This document shows positions 27,278 through 35,866 of a DNA stretch of 64,000 bases, piece by piece; position 1 is the first letter of the stretch; every line of letters begins with the position of its first letter. The stretch lies in the sequence record NC_061421.1; one strand, written 5' to 3'. The notes under the pieces are model-generated. The model searched no databases. It saw nothing but the letters and a program-made list of their open reading frames with translations, and was not told the DNA's origin. The translations under genes and the position numbers were made by a program.

Positions 27278-28693
27278 TTACTGTTTCCAGTAAGGTTTAT
27301 ATTTCCCGGTGGCCATTCGAATTAAGTCGTAGCTGCTCAGGAAATGTTTCTCTTCTTTGATCTCTTTAAACTGCCAGTGACCACGAGTTTCACCCAACAG
27401 TTCGTCCCAGTCATAACCCTGTTCTTTGATTTTCTCAAAGATCTCTGGCGGGGTCATTGCGTGACCTTCCAACTTCCACATGAAGTTACGAATTTGACAA
27501 AGTCCAGAGGTCAGCTCCAACGCGCGGCGAAGTTTATAATCTTCATCGATTTTGTCACGGACCGCGTTACGAGTAAATGAAACTTCTGGGTAAATAGAGA
27601 GACTGAGGTTGGTGTTGTTGCTTCCCATCCCGTAATATTTGTTGGTTTCGCGCAGATAATGCAATTGGGTCAGGTGGACCAATAACCCCTCTGCCTGGGA
27701 GAAGATCAGCTCAAAAGGCGCGCCAGATTGACCGTACTTCCCACGCAGGTTCATACAGCGAACACGAACGAGGTCTTTGTCTTCTTTGGTGCCCATTTCC
27801 CCACGCCCGTATAATGGCAGGCGGGCGCCGTCGGTTAATGGTGAACGTCCGTGGACAAACCACATGTTGTTCGGAATGAAAGTGAACTTTTCAGTGGCGT
27901 TCTTGATGGTTTTACCCGATTGGAGATCGGCCATGATTTTGTGCGGCGGTGCATTGGGATCCATGTTCGCTTTTGCACCAATGTGTGCTGTCAACATGGA
28001 GTAAAAAGAATGACGTCCATTCAGACCCGGCATCTGCATCATGATCTGGGTTTTATATCGCCCGTCGTTCATGAAGATCATGTTGTTGTCTTTCGAACCG
28101 ATTTCGTTATCGCCAAATTTCTCTTCGATGGCATCGAATGACATCATTGACCAGGAATCAATCTCCTCCATTGTTGGCGGGTACATCTTGATCAGCTGAC
28201 CGTTATGATTCGGGAACGGGGTGGTAAGTTGCGGGAGTTTTGTCTTCTTATCGATCTTCATCTCGCCGTATTTCTTTCGCACATCCCAGTAATCGTTCCC
28301 CGACATCTTTAGCATATTAGTGAAGAGGAATTTTTCATTCTCTTCTAACCCGTGCGCGGAGATGTTGGGCATACGAGTAGCGCGATACCCTAGACCTTCG
28401 ATATCTTTAGAGCCTTCAGTTTCGTAATAGAAACTGTTAGCTGCATCGTAATAGAGTTCCTGGGACTGTAGCATGAAGAAATCAGCCAGGGTTGATTTAA
28501 ACTGGTTGTTTTCACCGACGACGGCGTTGATATTAGCAACCCCGCCATTCAAATACATTTCACCTGCTTCGCCCTGAACGTAACGTCCTGAGAAATGATC
28601 AAACAAACAATTTGTATTTAACTTCGGAGTAGAAGCGTCGGCTTTTTTATCGTCGCTCATAACACCAGCCGGGCTCAATGAAAATCCACTCAT
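27278..28693 (-). CDS. uvsX: UvsX/RecA-like recombinase (phiKZ gp152 type)
   Basis: Variant Walker A VVGENNQFKST, YYETEGS, EEIDSWS (Walker B), LRGKYGQSG. Confidence 0.85.
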   Translation of the reverse strand: MSGFSLSPAGVMSDDKKADASTPKLNTNCLFDHFSGRYVQGEAGEMYLNGGVANINAVVGENNQFKSTLADFFMLQSQELYYDAANSFYYETEGSKDIEGLGYRATRMPNISAHGLEENEKFLFTNMLKMSGNDYWDVRKKYGEMKIDKKTKLPQLTTPFPNHNGQLIKMYPPTMEEIDSWSMMSFDAIEEKFGDNEIGSKDNNMIFMNDGRYKTQIMMQMPGLNGRHSFYSMLTAHIGAKANMDPNAPPHKIMADLQSGKTIKNATEKFTFIPNNMWFVHGRSPLTDGARLPLYGRGEMGTKEDKDLVRVRCMNLRGKYGQSGAPFELIFSQAEGLLVHLTQLHYLRETNKYYGMGSNNTNLSLSIYPEVSFTRNAVRDKIDEDYKLRRALELTSGLCQIRNFMWKLEGHAMTPPEIFEKIKEQGYDWDELLGETRGHWQFKEIKEEKHFLSSYDLIRMATGKYKPYWKQ

Positions 28694-28801
28694 CGTTGAT
28701 CCTTGTTTCTGAATTAGGAATTGTCTTCATTACAATTAGGAGAGGTATTTAATTTTATGTTAAACCCTTCTACATTACACTGAGTACATAAGGTACAGAT
28801 T

Positions 28802-29674
28802 ATGCCATTATCACTTGATTACCTGGCCGCCGAAAAAGACGCAATCATTGCGATGACAAAGGAGACGCCGGTTTATTCTCAACCCAGTAATGAAGCGTTA
28901 GCTATCCAAAGAGCGGCAATGGCTGTCGTTGATAGATTTTCTGCTTTCTTAGGGAAAGTCTCTGCGCGCTTTAACAGCCCAATCGATGAACTGAAAGATT
29001 TTAAAACTTCGCCGGTAAAACAGAGTCGTGAATATGACCTTTTAGAAAAGGCACTTAGCGATACGCCTTATACGGAACTGATGGCGCTGCGCGTCCAAGT
29101 TATCCCCGGTCTTTCCACTACCTGGCTTGAACTCCTCGACGCATGGAAAACCCCAGTTAAGTTCTCCGTTGATTTTTTTGACGATTACCTGAATCCGTTC
29201 GAGAAATTCCTGTCAGTTGCTATCACCAGCCCAGAAAAATTCACTACTGTAGGTTCCGTTAACCGAATCGGTCAGTTGGATATCGATTCGTACATCGACG
29301 CACTGACTACCGGACTGAAGGGAAACAGCAAGACTAACTTGCGCGCTTACAGCGAATGTGCCGAGCGTAACCGCGATACTCTCGTTGCGTATAGCAAAAC
29401 GCAAGAGATGGCGCTGGCTTTACACAAAGGTAATCTCGACCTTGTAAAAGGTTCGGTAGATCGGTGTGCAGATCTGTTAGCGACGCTGTCCAAACAAATC
29501 AAGGACAGTAACCTCCCTTACCGTCTGAATGCCAAAACTATCAATGATCTCACTGAAGCTGTTTTCCAGATGGCGAAAATGGCGGAACTGTACGCTGCGA
29601 CATTCACTTATGTCGAGTCGCAGAAAGTGGCGATGGAAGAAACGGCGAAAAAGCTGATCGAAACAACGAAATAA
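28802..29674 (+). CDS. Conserved hypothetical virion (head) protein, 290 aa
   Basis: Divergent from uvsX as in recalled phiKZ-like synteny; candidate SNE|A processing site near the N-terminus. Confidence 0.6.
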   Translation: MPLSLDYLAAEKDAIIAMTKETPVYSQPSNEALAIQRAAMAVVDRFSAFLGKVSARFNSPIDELKDFKTSPVKQSREYDLLEKALSDTPYTELMALRVQVIPGLSTTWLELLDAWKTPVKFSVDFFDDYLNPFEKFLSVAITSPEKFTTVGSVNRIGQLDIDSYIDALTTGLKGNSKTNLRAYSECAERNRDTLVAYSKTQEMALALHKGNLDLVKGSVDRCADLLATLSKQIKDSNLPYRLNAKTINDLTEAVFQMAKMAELYAATFTYVESQKVAMEETAKKLIETTK

Positions 29675-29680
29675 ACCATA

Positions 29681-29714
29681 AGAGAATGAGAGAGGTTTCC
29701 CTCTCTCATTCTCT
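29681..29714. terminator. 15-bp hairpin at a convergent junction, followed by TATG on the minus strand
   Basis: AGAGAATGAGAGAGG-TTTC-CCTCTCTCATTCTCT; CATA at 29677-29680. Confidence 0.8.
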
Positions 29715-29716
29715 CT

Positions 29717-30094
29717 TTATGGTGCAACCGATAACGTGTGTAAATTGACAATCTGTTTTAACTCTTGACGCAGTATGAAACTGCTGTCTTCCACACCGTC
29801 CTTTAGCCAGTGCGGAATCATCTCTTCAAAGTAATTGGCAACCTTTTCGCTGGGCAATTTACGAATGATCTCGCACTGCTCATCGTTCCACAAGATTTCA
29901 GGGAGAATAGTACCTAACAATAATCCCCGAGAATCCTGCGCCAAATTAAGTCGCCGATTCATTGTGCACGCCAATCTCTGACATCCTCCAGATCGCCCGG
30001 AAAGCAACGTGTAGAATGACCCTAAGATCAGCAAACGTCTGCCCTTAGGCGTGAAGAGTTTTGGCCCTAAGGCCGCTAAGAGTAGTTTGATCAT
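29717..30094 (-). CDS. Hypothetical protein, 125 aa
   Basis: ATGA overlap with the RNase H stop. Confidence 0.7.
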   Translation of the reverse strand: MIKLLLAALGPKLFTPKGRRLLILGSFYTLLSGRSGGCQRLACTMNRRLNLAQDSRGLLLGTILPEILWNDEQCEIIRKLPSEKVANYFEEMIPHWLKDGVEDSSFILRQELKQIVNLHTLSVAP

Positions 30095-31710
30095 AGTTTA
30101 CCCGTGATCTCAAAGAGGTTTGAGTTAAGTGATGCGGTAAACAACGTGTCCCCTTCTACTTCCAATAATGTAGCATATCGGAAGGCACGTGTCCCATCAG
30201 GCCAGGTGATAACACGCAATCTGAGATCTTCTGATGCCAGTGCGTTGATGGTGTTTCGAAGCGGGATATCCTGCCCCAACTTTAATTTTACTTTAACATT
30301 GCCTTCAGTGCCGTTAGCCAGTTTATAGTTGACCGGAACAGTGATGGCTTTATTAGGCGGATCCATTGCCTCGGTAGGTTTAGTGACCGGTTTCTTTTTC
30401 CCTTCCTGGGTAGTCTGTACACAGTGTTCGGTGATATCGGTGATGACCGAATTTCCTTTACCTGTAAACGCATACCCTAGAATCGTCAATAGGTTTTCAA
30501 AGCGGGTCAGTAAACGGAAACCGAGAAACGTCGGGCGCAGTTCTTCGATTAACGGTACTTTATCCGGCGAGCGAATAGTACTTTTTTCTGCGTCATCCCA
30601 TAACACCGACTGTTTATCCTGTATTAAGCTGACATAGCGATCTGCGTTGAGAATATTTTCCAAATGCCCCAACGTCATGATTTGCGTGCCATCATAATAC
30701 CGCCGTTTAAGGAAATCCCCCAACAGCTCTAATACCGGTTCTTTCTCTTTAGCGAACAAGATAGCAACTTTTGCTGTGGCGGTGGCTTTACCGATCATGT
30801 CCACTTCGGTGTCGTTCCCGTGGTTACCAAAGAAATAAACATGACGAGGATCGTAATCAACGGTATAATGGGTTCGGTCGGTTAACGCATACCACCACCG
30901 CTGCTCGAGTAAACGATTACTCGTTTTACTGTTTTGCGTATACCCTTTCCGGTCAGAGACCAGATAGACTGTTTTCCCGGGTTCATCTCGTTCAAGGATC
31001 ATTCCACGGTTGGCGTTGTAATCCGCCCGTTCATTCCCGGTAAATCCGGAGTGACCCGGGATATAACCAAACAACATCCGAGATTGTCCTTCGGCGACCA
31101 GTTCATCGAAGAGCGTGGTAATCAAAACCCAAAGGTCTTTATTCTGTACCGGCTTACGTTCGGTCGTCAACCAACCATTACGTTCCCAGTTTCGCCGATT
31201 GATCAGCAAACCTTCCAGTACGTATTTGGAATCAGCGAGGATACTGACTTCTTTTGGCTGGTATTTCTTGACAATCTCCAGACTGTTCAACATCCCCATC
31301 AGTTCGGTAAAGTTATTACTGGTCTTATACTGACCGCCGTAAGCGTCGATGAAATGCGTCGGGTTTACGGGTTTAACATTTTTGTTGTCGTCAGCATGAG
31401 TAATCCAAAAATCCCGGTCAACCTGACCAGAGAAGGAAGGATCTTTACCCGGGGGCAGCTCTACGTCCTTACAACGATGCTGGCGGCCATCGACGTAACC
31501 GATGTTTGTGAAAGCACCTTTTGCTTTCTTAATTTTTGCTTCTTTCGAATCCGAGACCGGGAACATATAACCATGAATTCCCCAACCTGAAAGTAGCGTT
31601 TGTGTGTTACTTCCGCCATCGCAGTAAAGCACCAGACTAAAAGTGCCTTTCTCAGGGAATTCCCCTTCCCATGATTGTTCAATCGTCATTTCTCGAATGT
31701 CCTGTATCAA
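30091..31710 (-). CDS. rnh: Ribonuclease HI with a long C-terminal extension (phiKZ gp155 type)
   Basis: LYCDGGS, TSNNFTELMG, ILADSKYV, W......PVQNKDLW, IPGHSGFTGNERAD; true start may be the ATG at 31689. Confidence 0.9.
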   Translation of the reverse strand: MIQDIREMTIEQSWEGEFPEKGTFSLVLYCDGGSNTQTLLSGWGIHGYMFPVSDSKEAKIKKAKGAFTNIGYVDGRQHRCKDVELPPGKDPSFSGQVDRDFWITHADDNKNVKPVNPTHFIDAYGGQYKTSNNFTELMGMLNSLEIVKKYQPKEVSILADSKYVLEGLLINRRNWERNGWLTTERKPVQNKDLWVLITTLFDELVAEGQSRMLFGYIPGHSGFTGNERADYNANRGMILERDEPGKTVYLVSDRKGYTQNSKTSNRLLEQRWWYALTDRTHYTVDYDPRHVYFFGNHGNDTEVDMIGKATATAKVAILFAKEKEPVLELLGDFLKRRYYDGTQIMTLGHLENILNADRYVSLIQDKQSVLWDDAEKSTIRSPDKVPLIEELRPTFLGFRLLTRFENLLTILGYAFTGKGNSVITDITEHCVQTTQEGKKKPVTKPTEAMDPPNKAITVPVNYKLANGTEGNVKVKLKLGQDIPLRNTINALASEDLRLRVITWPDGTRAFRYATLLEVEGDTLFTASLNSNLFEITGKL

Positions 31711-31745
31711 AGTGAGTTCAGAAGAATAAACCCGCGCGTAAGAAA

Positions 31746-32174
31746 TCAGGGGTGCTTCCGCTGAAATTCCTCAATGATGTGATGAGTTTGGGCATCGCAA
31801 GCGGTCGGATGTTCAGTACAAACCCGTTGGAGCTCGGCGAGCTCCAACCGTGCATCGTTCTCCCAAGCAAACTTATCCATCGTGAGCTTATGGACATCGG
31901 TTTCGTAACGATCTCGACTGATCCCTACAGTACTAGGTTCTGCCTTTTTATCGGCCAGTTCCTTTAAGGTGATCTTGTGTATCCGGTAGAGTTCACGGTA
32001 CTTCACAATACCTACTGTTGTAGTCAAACCAAGAGTAAAAATCAAAATCGTTATTATCGTACGGTAAAAATACCGCTTTCTTTTGGTCGGCGGTTCTCGT
32101 GTATTATCCAGCCGGTATTGTTCCCGGATGAAATAATACAAGTACGGTAAAAAACGCAAGAAAAAGTAATTCAC
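31746..32174 (-). CDS. Single-pass membrane protein with a helical C-terminal part
   Basis: GTG start with GGAGG SD; TM segment IITILIFTLGLTTTVGIV after a basic patch. Confidence 0.7.
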   Translation of the reverse strand: MNYFFLRFLPYLYYFIREQYRLDNTREPPTKRKRYFYRTIITILIFTLGLTTTVGIVKYRELYRIHKITLKELADKKAEPSTVGISRDRYETDVHKLTMDKFAWENDARLELAELQRVCTEHPTACDAQTHHIIEEFQRKHP

Positions 32175-32232
32175 GGCGGTACCTCCGCTAGCAGGTTCTT
32201 TCCTGTTTAATAATAGTTATGGAGTAGAAACA

Positions 32233-33534
32233 ATGTTGAATGCGTATAGTTTTGTTACAATAAAAAACTTTATCAATAATGCGATTGGACAGACAGCAAA
32301 AGTAGGTGAGCTCACCACCTACGGTGAGACCTACAGTACGGACGTAGGAACTTATTCTGTACCTGACTATACAGACGTTATCTTGAAAACGCTCTCTGTG
32401 ACTCGCGACGGTACCAAAACAGATTTAGGGCTGACCTATTACACCCAAATCCTGGAAATCTCCCAGTGGCTTTATCAGCGCAGTATCAACGGTTTGATCA
32501 CCGCCGATAGTGCTGCTTTATTACAGGCGTTAAACGCCCAGTTCAGTGACTTTGCTACCGTGAGTGAAGTTGGTAGTATTGTTAACAATGGCTCATATAA
32601 TTTTCCTTCCAGCCTCCATTTGTCCTTTAGTAACGCTGGCGAGGCAAATGACCTGTATGTATGGTACGCGATCGATAACTTTTTGGTGGAATACCCGCTC
32701 TACGAGCTGAGTGTTGTGATGCCGTTTGATGACATCGATATTCTGGTGGGCGATGCCGACACGGCTGTCAGTACAATTAACGCTATTACCCCGGTTAGCA
32801 ATACTGCCAGGATCACTGCGGCCATTGCCCAGAATCCACAAACAGATATCTGGACAGGTTATTTTACCTGGGTGGCGAAAGACAACGACGAAATCACAAA
32901 ACAAATCCCGATTAACGTCGTCATCTACGGATCCGCAGGGAAAAACCTCGATTACATCAAAGACGCTATTCGAGACCATATTCTGGGGAACAGTGCTTCG
33001 GGTACAGACGTTTGGGAAATCGTCCTTCCTGACCTGTTCACGCCAACAGAATATTACGTGGTTCCGGTATGGGATCGGATCTCACTGCCTAATCAGCTGG
33101 ACAGTACGGCACTCTATTCTCCGGTCTTACCGTATAAAGACTTCCTGACTTACACCGATAAGTACATGGCGGATTATGAACAGAGCCACGTCATCAATGC
33201 CGGTGAGATCGTCTTCAGTGTTTATCAGAACCTACAGTTACTGGTGTGTGGTCATGTACGAAACTATAATGTCTCGTATATCTTCTCTGACCTTTGGCCT
33301 CGTTACGCGGCAATTCCTACGACCAGTTCTGAATTTGGTAAAATTCCCGAAGCGACCCGCAACTTTATTATTTCACTGATTGCCCTGCTGAAAACAGCGG
33401 AAACGGCGACCGGGACGTCAATTCTTCCTACCGGCTACACCCGAGCTAATCGTAACGGTACGTATTACATCACCATGACGGTTGACACGGTACAATACCT
33501 TGTTCCTATCAAATCGGGTTTCAGTAAGGACTAA
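32233..33534 (+). CDS. Conserved virion structural protein, 433 aa
   Basis: GGAG SD; divergent from the RNase H operon, paired with the downstream 200-aa gene as in recalled phiKZ-like synteny. Confidence 0.65.
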   Translation: MLNAYSFVTIKNFINNAIGQTAKVGELTTYGETYSTDVGTYSVPDYTDVILKTLSVTRDGTKTDLGLTYYTQILEISQWLYQRSINGLITADSAALLQALNAQFSDFATVSEVGSIVNNGSYNFPSSLHLSFSNAGEANDLYVWYAIDNFLVEYPLYELSVVMPFDDIDILVGDADTAVSTINAITPVSNTARITAAIAQNPQTDIWTGYFTWVAKDNDEITKQIPINVVIYGSAGKNLDYIKDAIRDHILGNSASGTDVWEIVLPDLFTPTEYYVVPVWDRISLPNQLDSTALYSPVLPYKDFLTYTDKYMADYEQSHVINAGEIVFSVYQNLQLLVCGHVRNYNVSYIFSDLWPRYAAIPTTSSEFGKIPEATRNFIISLIALLKTAETATGTSILPTGYTRANRNGTYYITMTVDTVQYLVPIKSGFSKD

Positions 33535-33536
33535 AG

Positions 33537-34139
33537 ATGGCCAGAACACGTAATACTCCGGCACTCGGGTTAAAAGGTAGATGGTCGCTTACCCAACCGT
33601 GGAGCGCCAATCAAACCTTAATTTATCAATGCACCGCAATTCGTTTCTTCACTGAGATGGTGGCGGAAGGGATTGATATTTTTACGGTCTACTACGAACC
33701 AAAAGGTTTGAGTCAATCGGATTACAACGCGGACTTGGCGGCCGGTGCCGCGATGTGCGTTCTCTATTCGTCGTCGGGTAGCGTTATTACAGTCCCTGAT
33801 ACGTACATCGAGAGTTTCCCAGGAATTGGAATGTCCAACTGGGGACAGGTGATCCTTTCGGCTTCTTTGGGCCCGATGCGTTTAGACCTCGACCTGACAT
33901 TCTTAAAAGAGCAAACCGGGAATCTGATTTCCAACACGATCGGGGTGGTTCCAGAGATCTACATTGATCAGCTCTCCACGGTAGAAGCGATCAGCAACAC
34001 TGATGCAGACGCAATCGAGGCAGCAAGATTGTCCGCGATCACAAACCGGACAAGTACGTATGCGGAAAATCTGGCGCTCAAAAAAGAGAATGCTAATCTT
34101 CGCTTGCAAATCCAAGCGCTGATTGCTGCGCGATCGTAA
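33537..34139 (+). CDS. Conserved virion structural protein, 200 aa
   Basis: Starts 2 nt after the previous stop; C-terminal coiled coil. Confidence 0.65.
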   Translation: MARTRNTPALGLKGRWSLTQPWSANQTLIYQCTAIRFFTEMVAEGIDIFTVYYEPKGLSQSDYNADLAAGAAMCVLYSSSGSVITVPDTYIESFPGIGMSNWGQVILSASLGPMRLDLDLTFLKEQTGNLISNTIGVVPEIYIDQLSTVEAISNTDADAIEAARLSAITNRTSTYAENLALKKENANLRLQIQALIAARS

Positions 34140-34162
34140 AAAAAAAAGAAAGACAACAAGTA

Positions 34163-34194
34163 CTCCCCTTCTCCGCTAAAGCGGAGAAGGGGAG
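34163..34194. terminator. 14-bp hairpin at a convergent junction
   Basis: CTCCCCTTCTCCGC-TAAA-GCGGAGAAGGGGAG. Confidence 0.8.
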
Positions 34195-34213
34195 CGTGTG
34201 TCTTTATCGCCGA

Positions 34214-34465
34214 TTATTCAGCAGCAGCGGGTTCTTTATCTTCCGCATACAGCGCAGTGAGGACTTCGGCTGCCGGGTAAAACTCTTCTTCGGTCCAGCC
34301 GTCATCACCGGCTTTGGCAGCGAGAACATTTTTCCCTTCGTCCAGGGAGGATTTGATCCAGCACAGAGAATCGACGGCCATATCGATCACGGTTTCGGCC
34401 GATACGTTGTCGGTAGTCAGAGAATTGATTTTTTCAGCGGTAGTTTCGTTCAGCGTTACTTTCAT
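34214..34465 (-). CDS. Small acidic hypothetical protein, 83 aa
   Basis: AGGA SD; host-like codon usage; last gene of the small-gene cluster. Confidence 0.75.
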   Translation of the reverse strand: MKVTLNETTAEKINSLTTDNVSAETVIDMAVDSLCWIKSSLDEGKNVLAAKAGDDGWTEEEFYPAAEVLTALYAEDKEPAAAE

Positions 34466-34572
34466 GGTAGTTTCCTGTTTAATAAGTTAACGTGTTAATA
34501 GTCACATGTGTTTCACGGTTTGTTCAAAAGATAACCGAGTGGTTTAAAACTTGAAATTGACGGATTGGATAA

Positions 34573-34818
34573 TTAGCAGAAGGGTTTTAGCCCGGAGAAA
34601 CTATTTACCTGCATTTTAAGGGCGGCGATTTCTTTTTCCAATTCCATCTCCGCATGAGTAGTTTGCACTTTCCTTCTAACCATCACGTAATCATTGTCCT
34701 TGATCACGAGACTGGCGCGAGTGACTGTGATAATATCCTCTGGTTTCCGGTTCTCCCGTAAAAGTTGCAGTTCTTTCTTTAGCGCTTGACGCTTCTTGAT
34801 GATTTCTAAGTAGTCCAT
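34573..34818 (-). CDS. Small basic coiled-coil hypothetical protein, 81 aa
   Basis: Starts 1 nt after the previous stop. Confidence 0.7.
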   Translation of the reverse strand: MDYLEIIKKRQALKKELQLLRENRKPEDIITVTRASLVIKDNDYVMVRRKVQTTHAEMELEKEIAALKMQVNSFSGLKPFC

Positions 34819-34819
34819 T

Positions 34820-35143
34820 TTACCCCCGAGTATTGGTTTCTTCCAACCCGCTCAAAACGGTCTCCAGATCATCCAGGAACAACGTTTCATTTCCGATATA
34901 GATCGGGAAGCTGGGTTCTACTTCGACCTTCTCAACGAGTTTGGCGAGCTCTGGCATGATCATCGGCGTATAGCCGAGAAACTTCACTACCTTTTTCGCG
35001 GCGAGGGTCTGAACGGTTTGTTCGTAGCTCCTTACTTCAGCACGAACAGCCTGAATATAAGGTTTGTTTTCTGCGCTCAGCTCGTCACGAAGGGCCGAAA
35101 GTGCAGTGACAATTTTCCCGGCCTCAGAATCACTAAAACGCAT
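34820..35143 (-). CDS. Hypothetical early protein
   Basis: ATG at 35143 with AAAGGGA SD, overlapping the upstream stop. Confidence 0.7.
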   Translation of the reverse strand: MRFSDSEAGKIVTALSALRDELSAENKPYIQAVRAEVRSYEQTVQTLAAKKVVKFLGYTPMIMPELAKLVEKVEVEPSFPIYIGNETLFLDDLETVLSGLEETNTRG

Positions 35144-35774
35144 AGCATTTCCCTTTGGTAATTTGATTGAAGTTTCCAATGACGCGGCCCGGAACAAACA
35201 TAGCGTCCTTTGCGGTTTCCCGGAGAACGATACTGAAGATGGTCATCAGCTCGTACATCTGCGCCAGCGTCACGGAGTTCGGGACGGTGAAGATCAGGTT
35301 TACTGTTTCGGCAGGTAAGTCATTTTCTGCCAGCATTTGACGAAACTGATCTTCGAACTCGCTGACGTCCTTTTTATTTTTTACAAAATAGTAAACGTTT
35401 TGCGAGAAGACCTGCGCCTGACGAATTTCAATACGCACCTCCGTCAGTGCCGGCAGACTTTTAATTTCTTCCTGACAAAAGGTTTCGTACGGCGAGTTAA
35501 AATTCTGCACCGGGAAAAACTGGTCGTCTGTGTTTGCGACGTTGTCTTCGAAACATTGGCCGATACGATCAACCATTGCCTTAAAGGGTTCAGTGCGCAT
35601 CACATCCAGTAAACGTCCTCCCGAAAAACCGGAGTAGTTATTGTCAACCAGATCGTCATCGTCCAGCGCCGCTGTGCGAATAAACACAGTCTGGTGCTGA
35701 ATACCGATTTCACCGGTTCGTGTCGCTTTACCGTAGCTGGTAAGACGGTCTGCCATTTTAGTAATATTTTGCAT
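35133..35774 (-). CDS. Hypothetical early protein, 213 aa
   Basis: AGGAG SD; about 30 nt downstream of the early-promoter motif. Confidence 0.75.
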   Translation of the reverse strand: MQNITKMADRLTSYGKATRTGEIGIQHQTVFIRTAALDDDDLVDNNYSGFSGGRLLDVMRTEPFKAMVDRIGQCFEDNVANTDDQFFPVQNFNSPYETFCQEEIKSLPALTEVRIEIRQAQVFSQNVYYFVKNKKDVSEFEDQFRQMLAENDLPAETVNLIFTVPNSVTLAQMYELMTIFSIVLRETAKDAMFVPGRVIGNFNQITKGKCYAF

Positions 35775-35802
35775 TTATGACTCCTGTGTCAGTGGTCTTT
35801 GT

Positions 35803-35818
35803 TCAATAAGGTGATATA
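35803..35818 (-). promoter_or_regulatory. Putative early (vRNAP) promoter TATATCAC-CT-TATTGA
   Basis: Second copy of the 16-nt motif, directly after the sbcC terminator. Confidence 0.7.
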
Positions 35819-35828
35819 TGCACAAAAG

Positions 35829-35851
35829 AGACTGGAAACGACTTCCAGTCT
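35829..35851 (-). terminator. Terminator after sbcC
   Basis: AGACTGGAA-ACGAC-TTCCAGTCT with a following T-run on the minus strand. Confidence 0.65.
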
Positions 35852-35866
35852 TTCTTCGTTATTAGA

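Noticed and set aside
27278-28693. Non-canonical Walker A (FKST) as a sign of an inactive recombinase
   Set aside because: An F in place of G is normal for UvsX-type phage recombinases (T4 UvsX has SFKS).
30934-31590. 218-aa + strand ORF
   Set aside because: Antisense to the well-supported RNase H.
31746-32174. Second i-spanin
   Set aside because: The TM helix is preceded by about 40 residues, no embedded or adjacent lipoprotein ORF was found, and a better Rz/Rz1 pair exists at 44909-45508.
34466-34572. tRNA or ncRNA in the larger intergenic gaps (also 28694-28801 and 63888-64000)
   Set aside because: No cloverleaf, T-loop or CCA pattern seen; the gaps look like AT-rich promoter regions.
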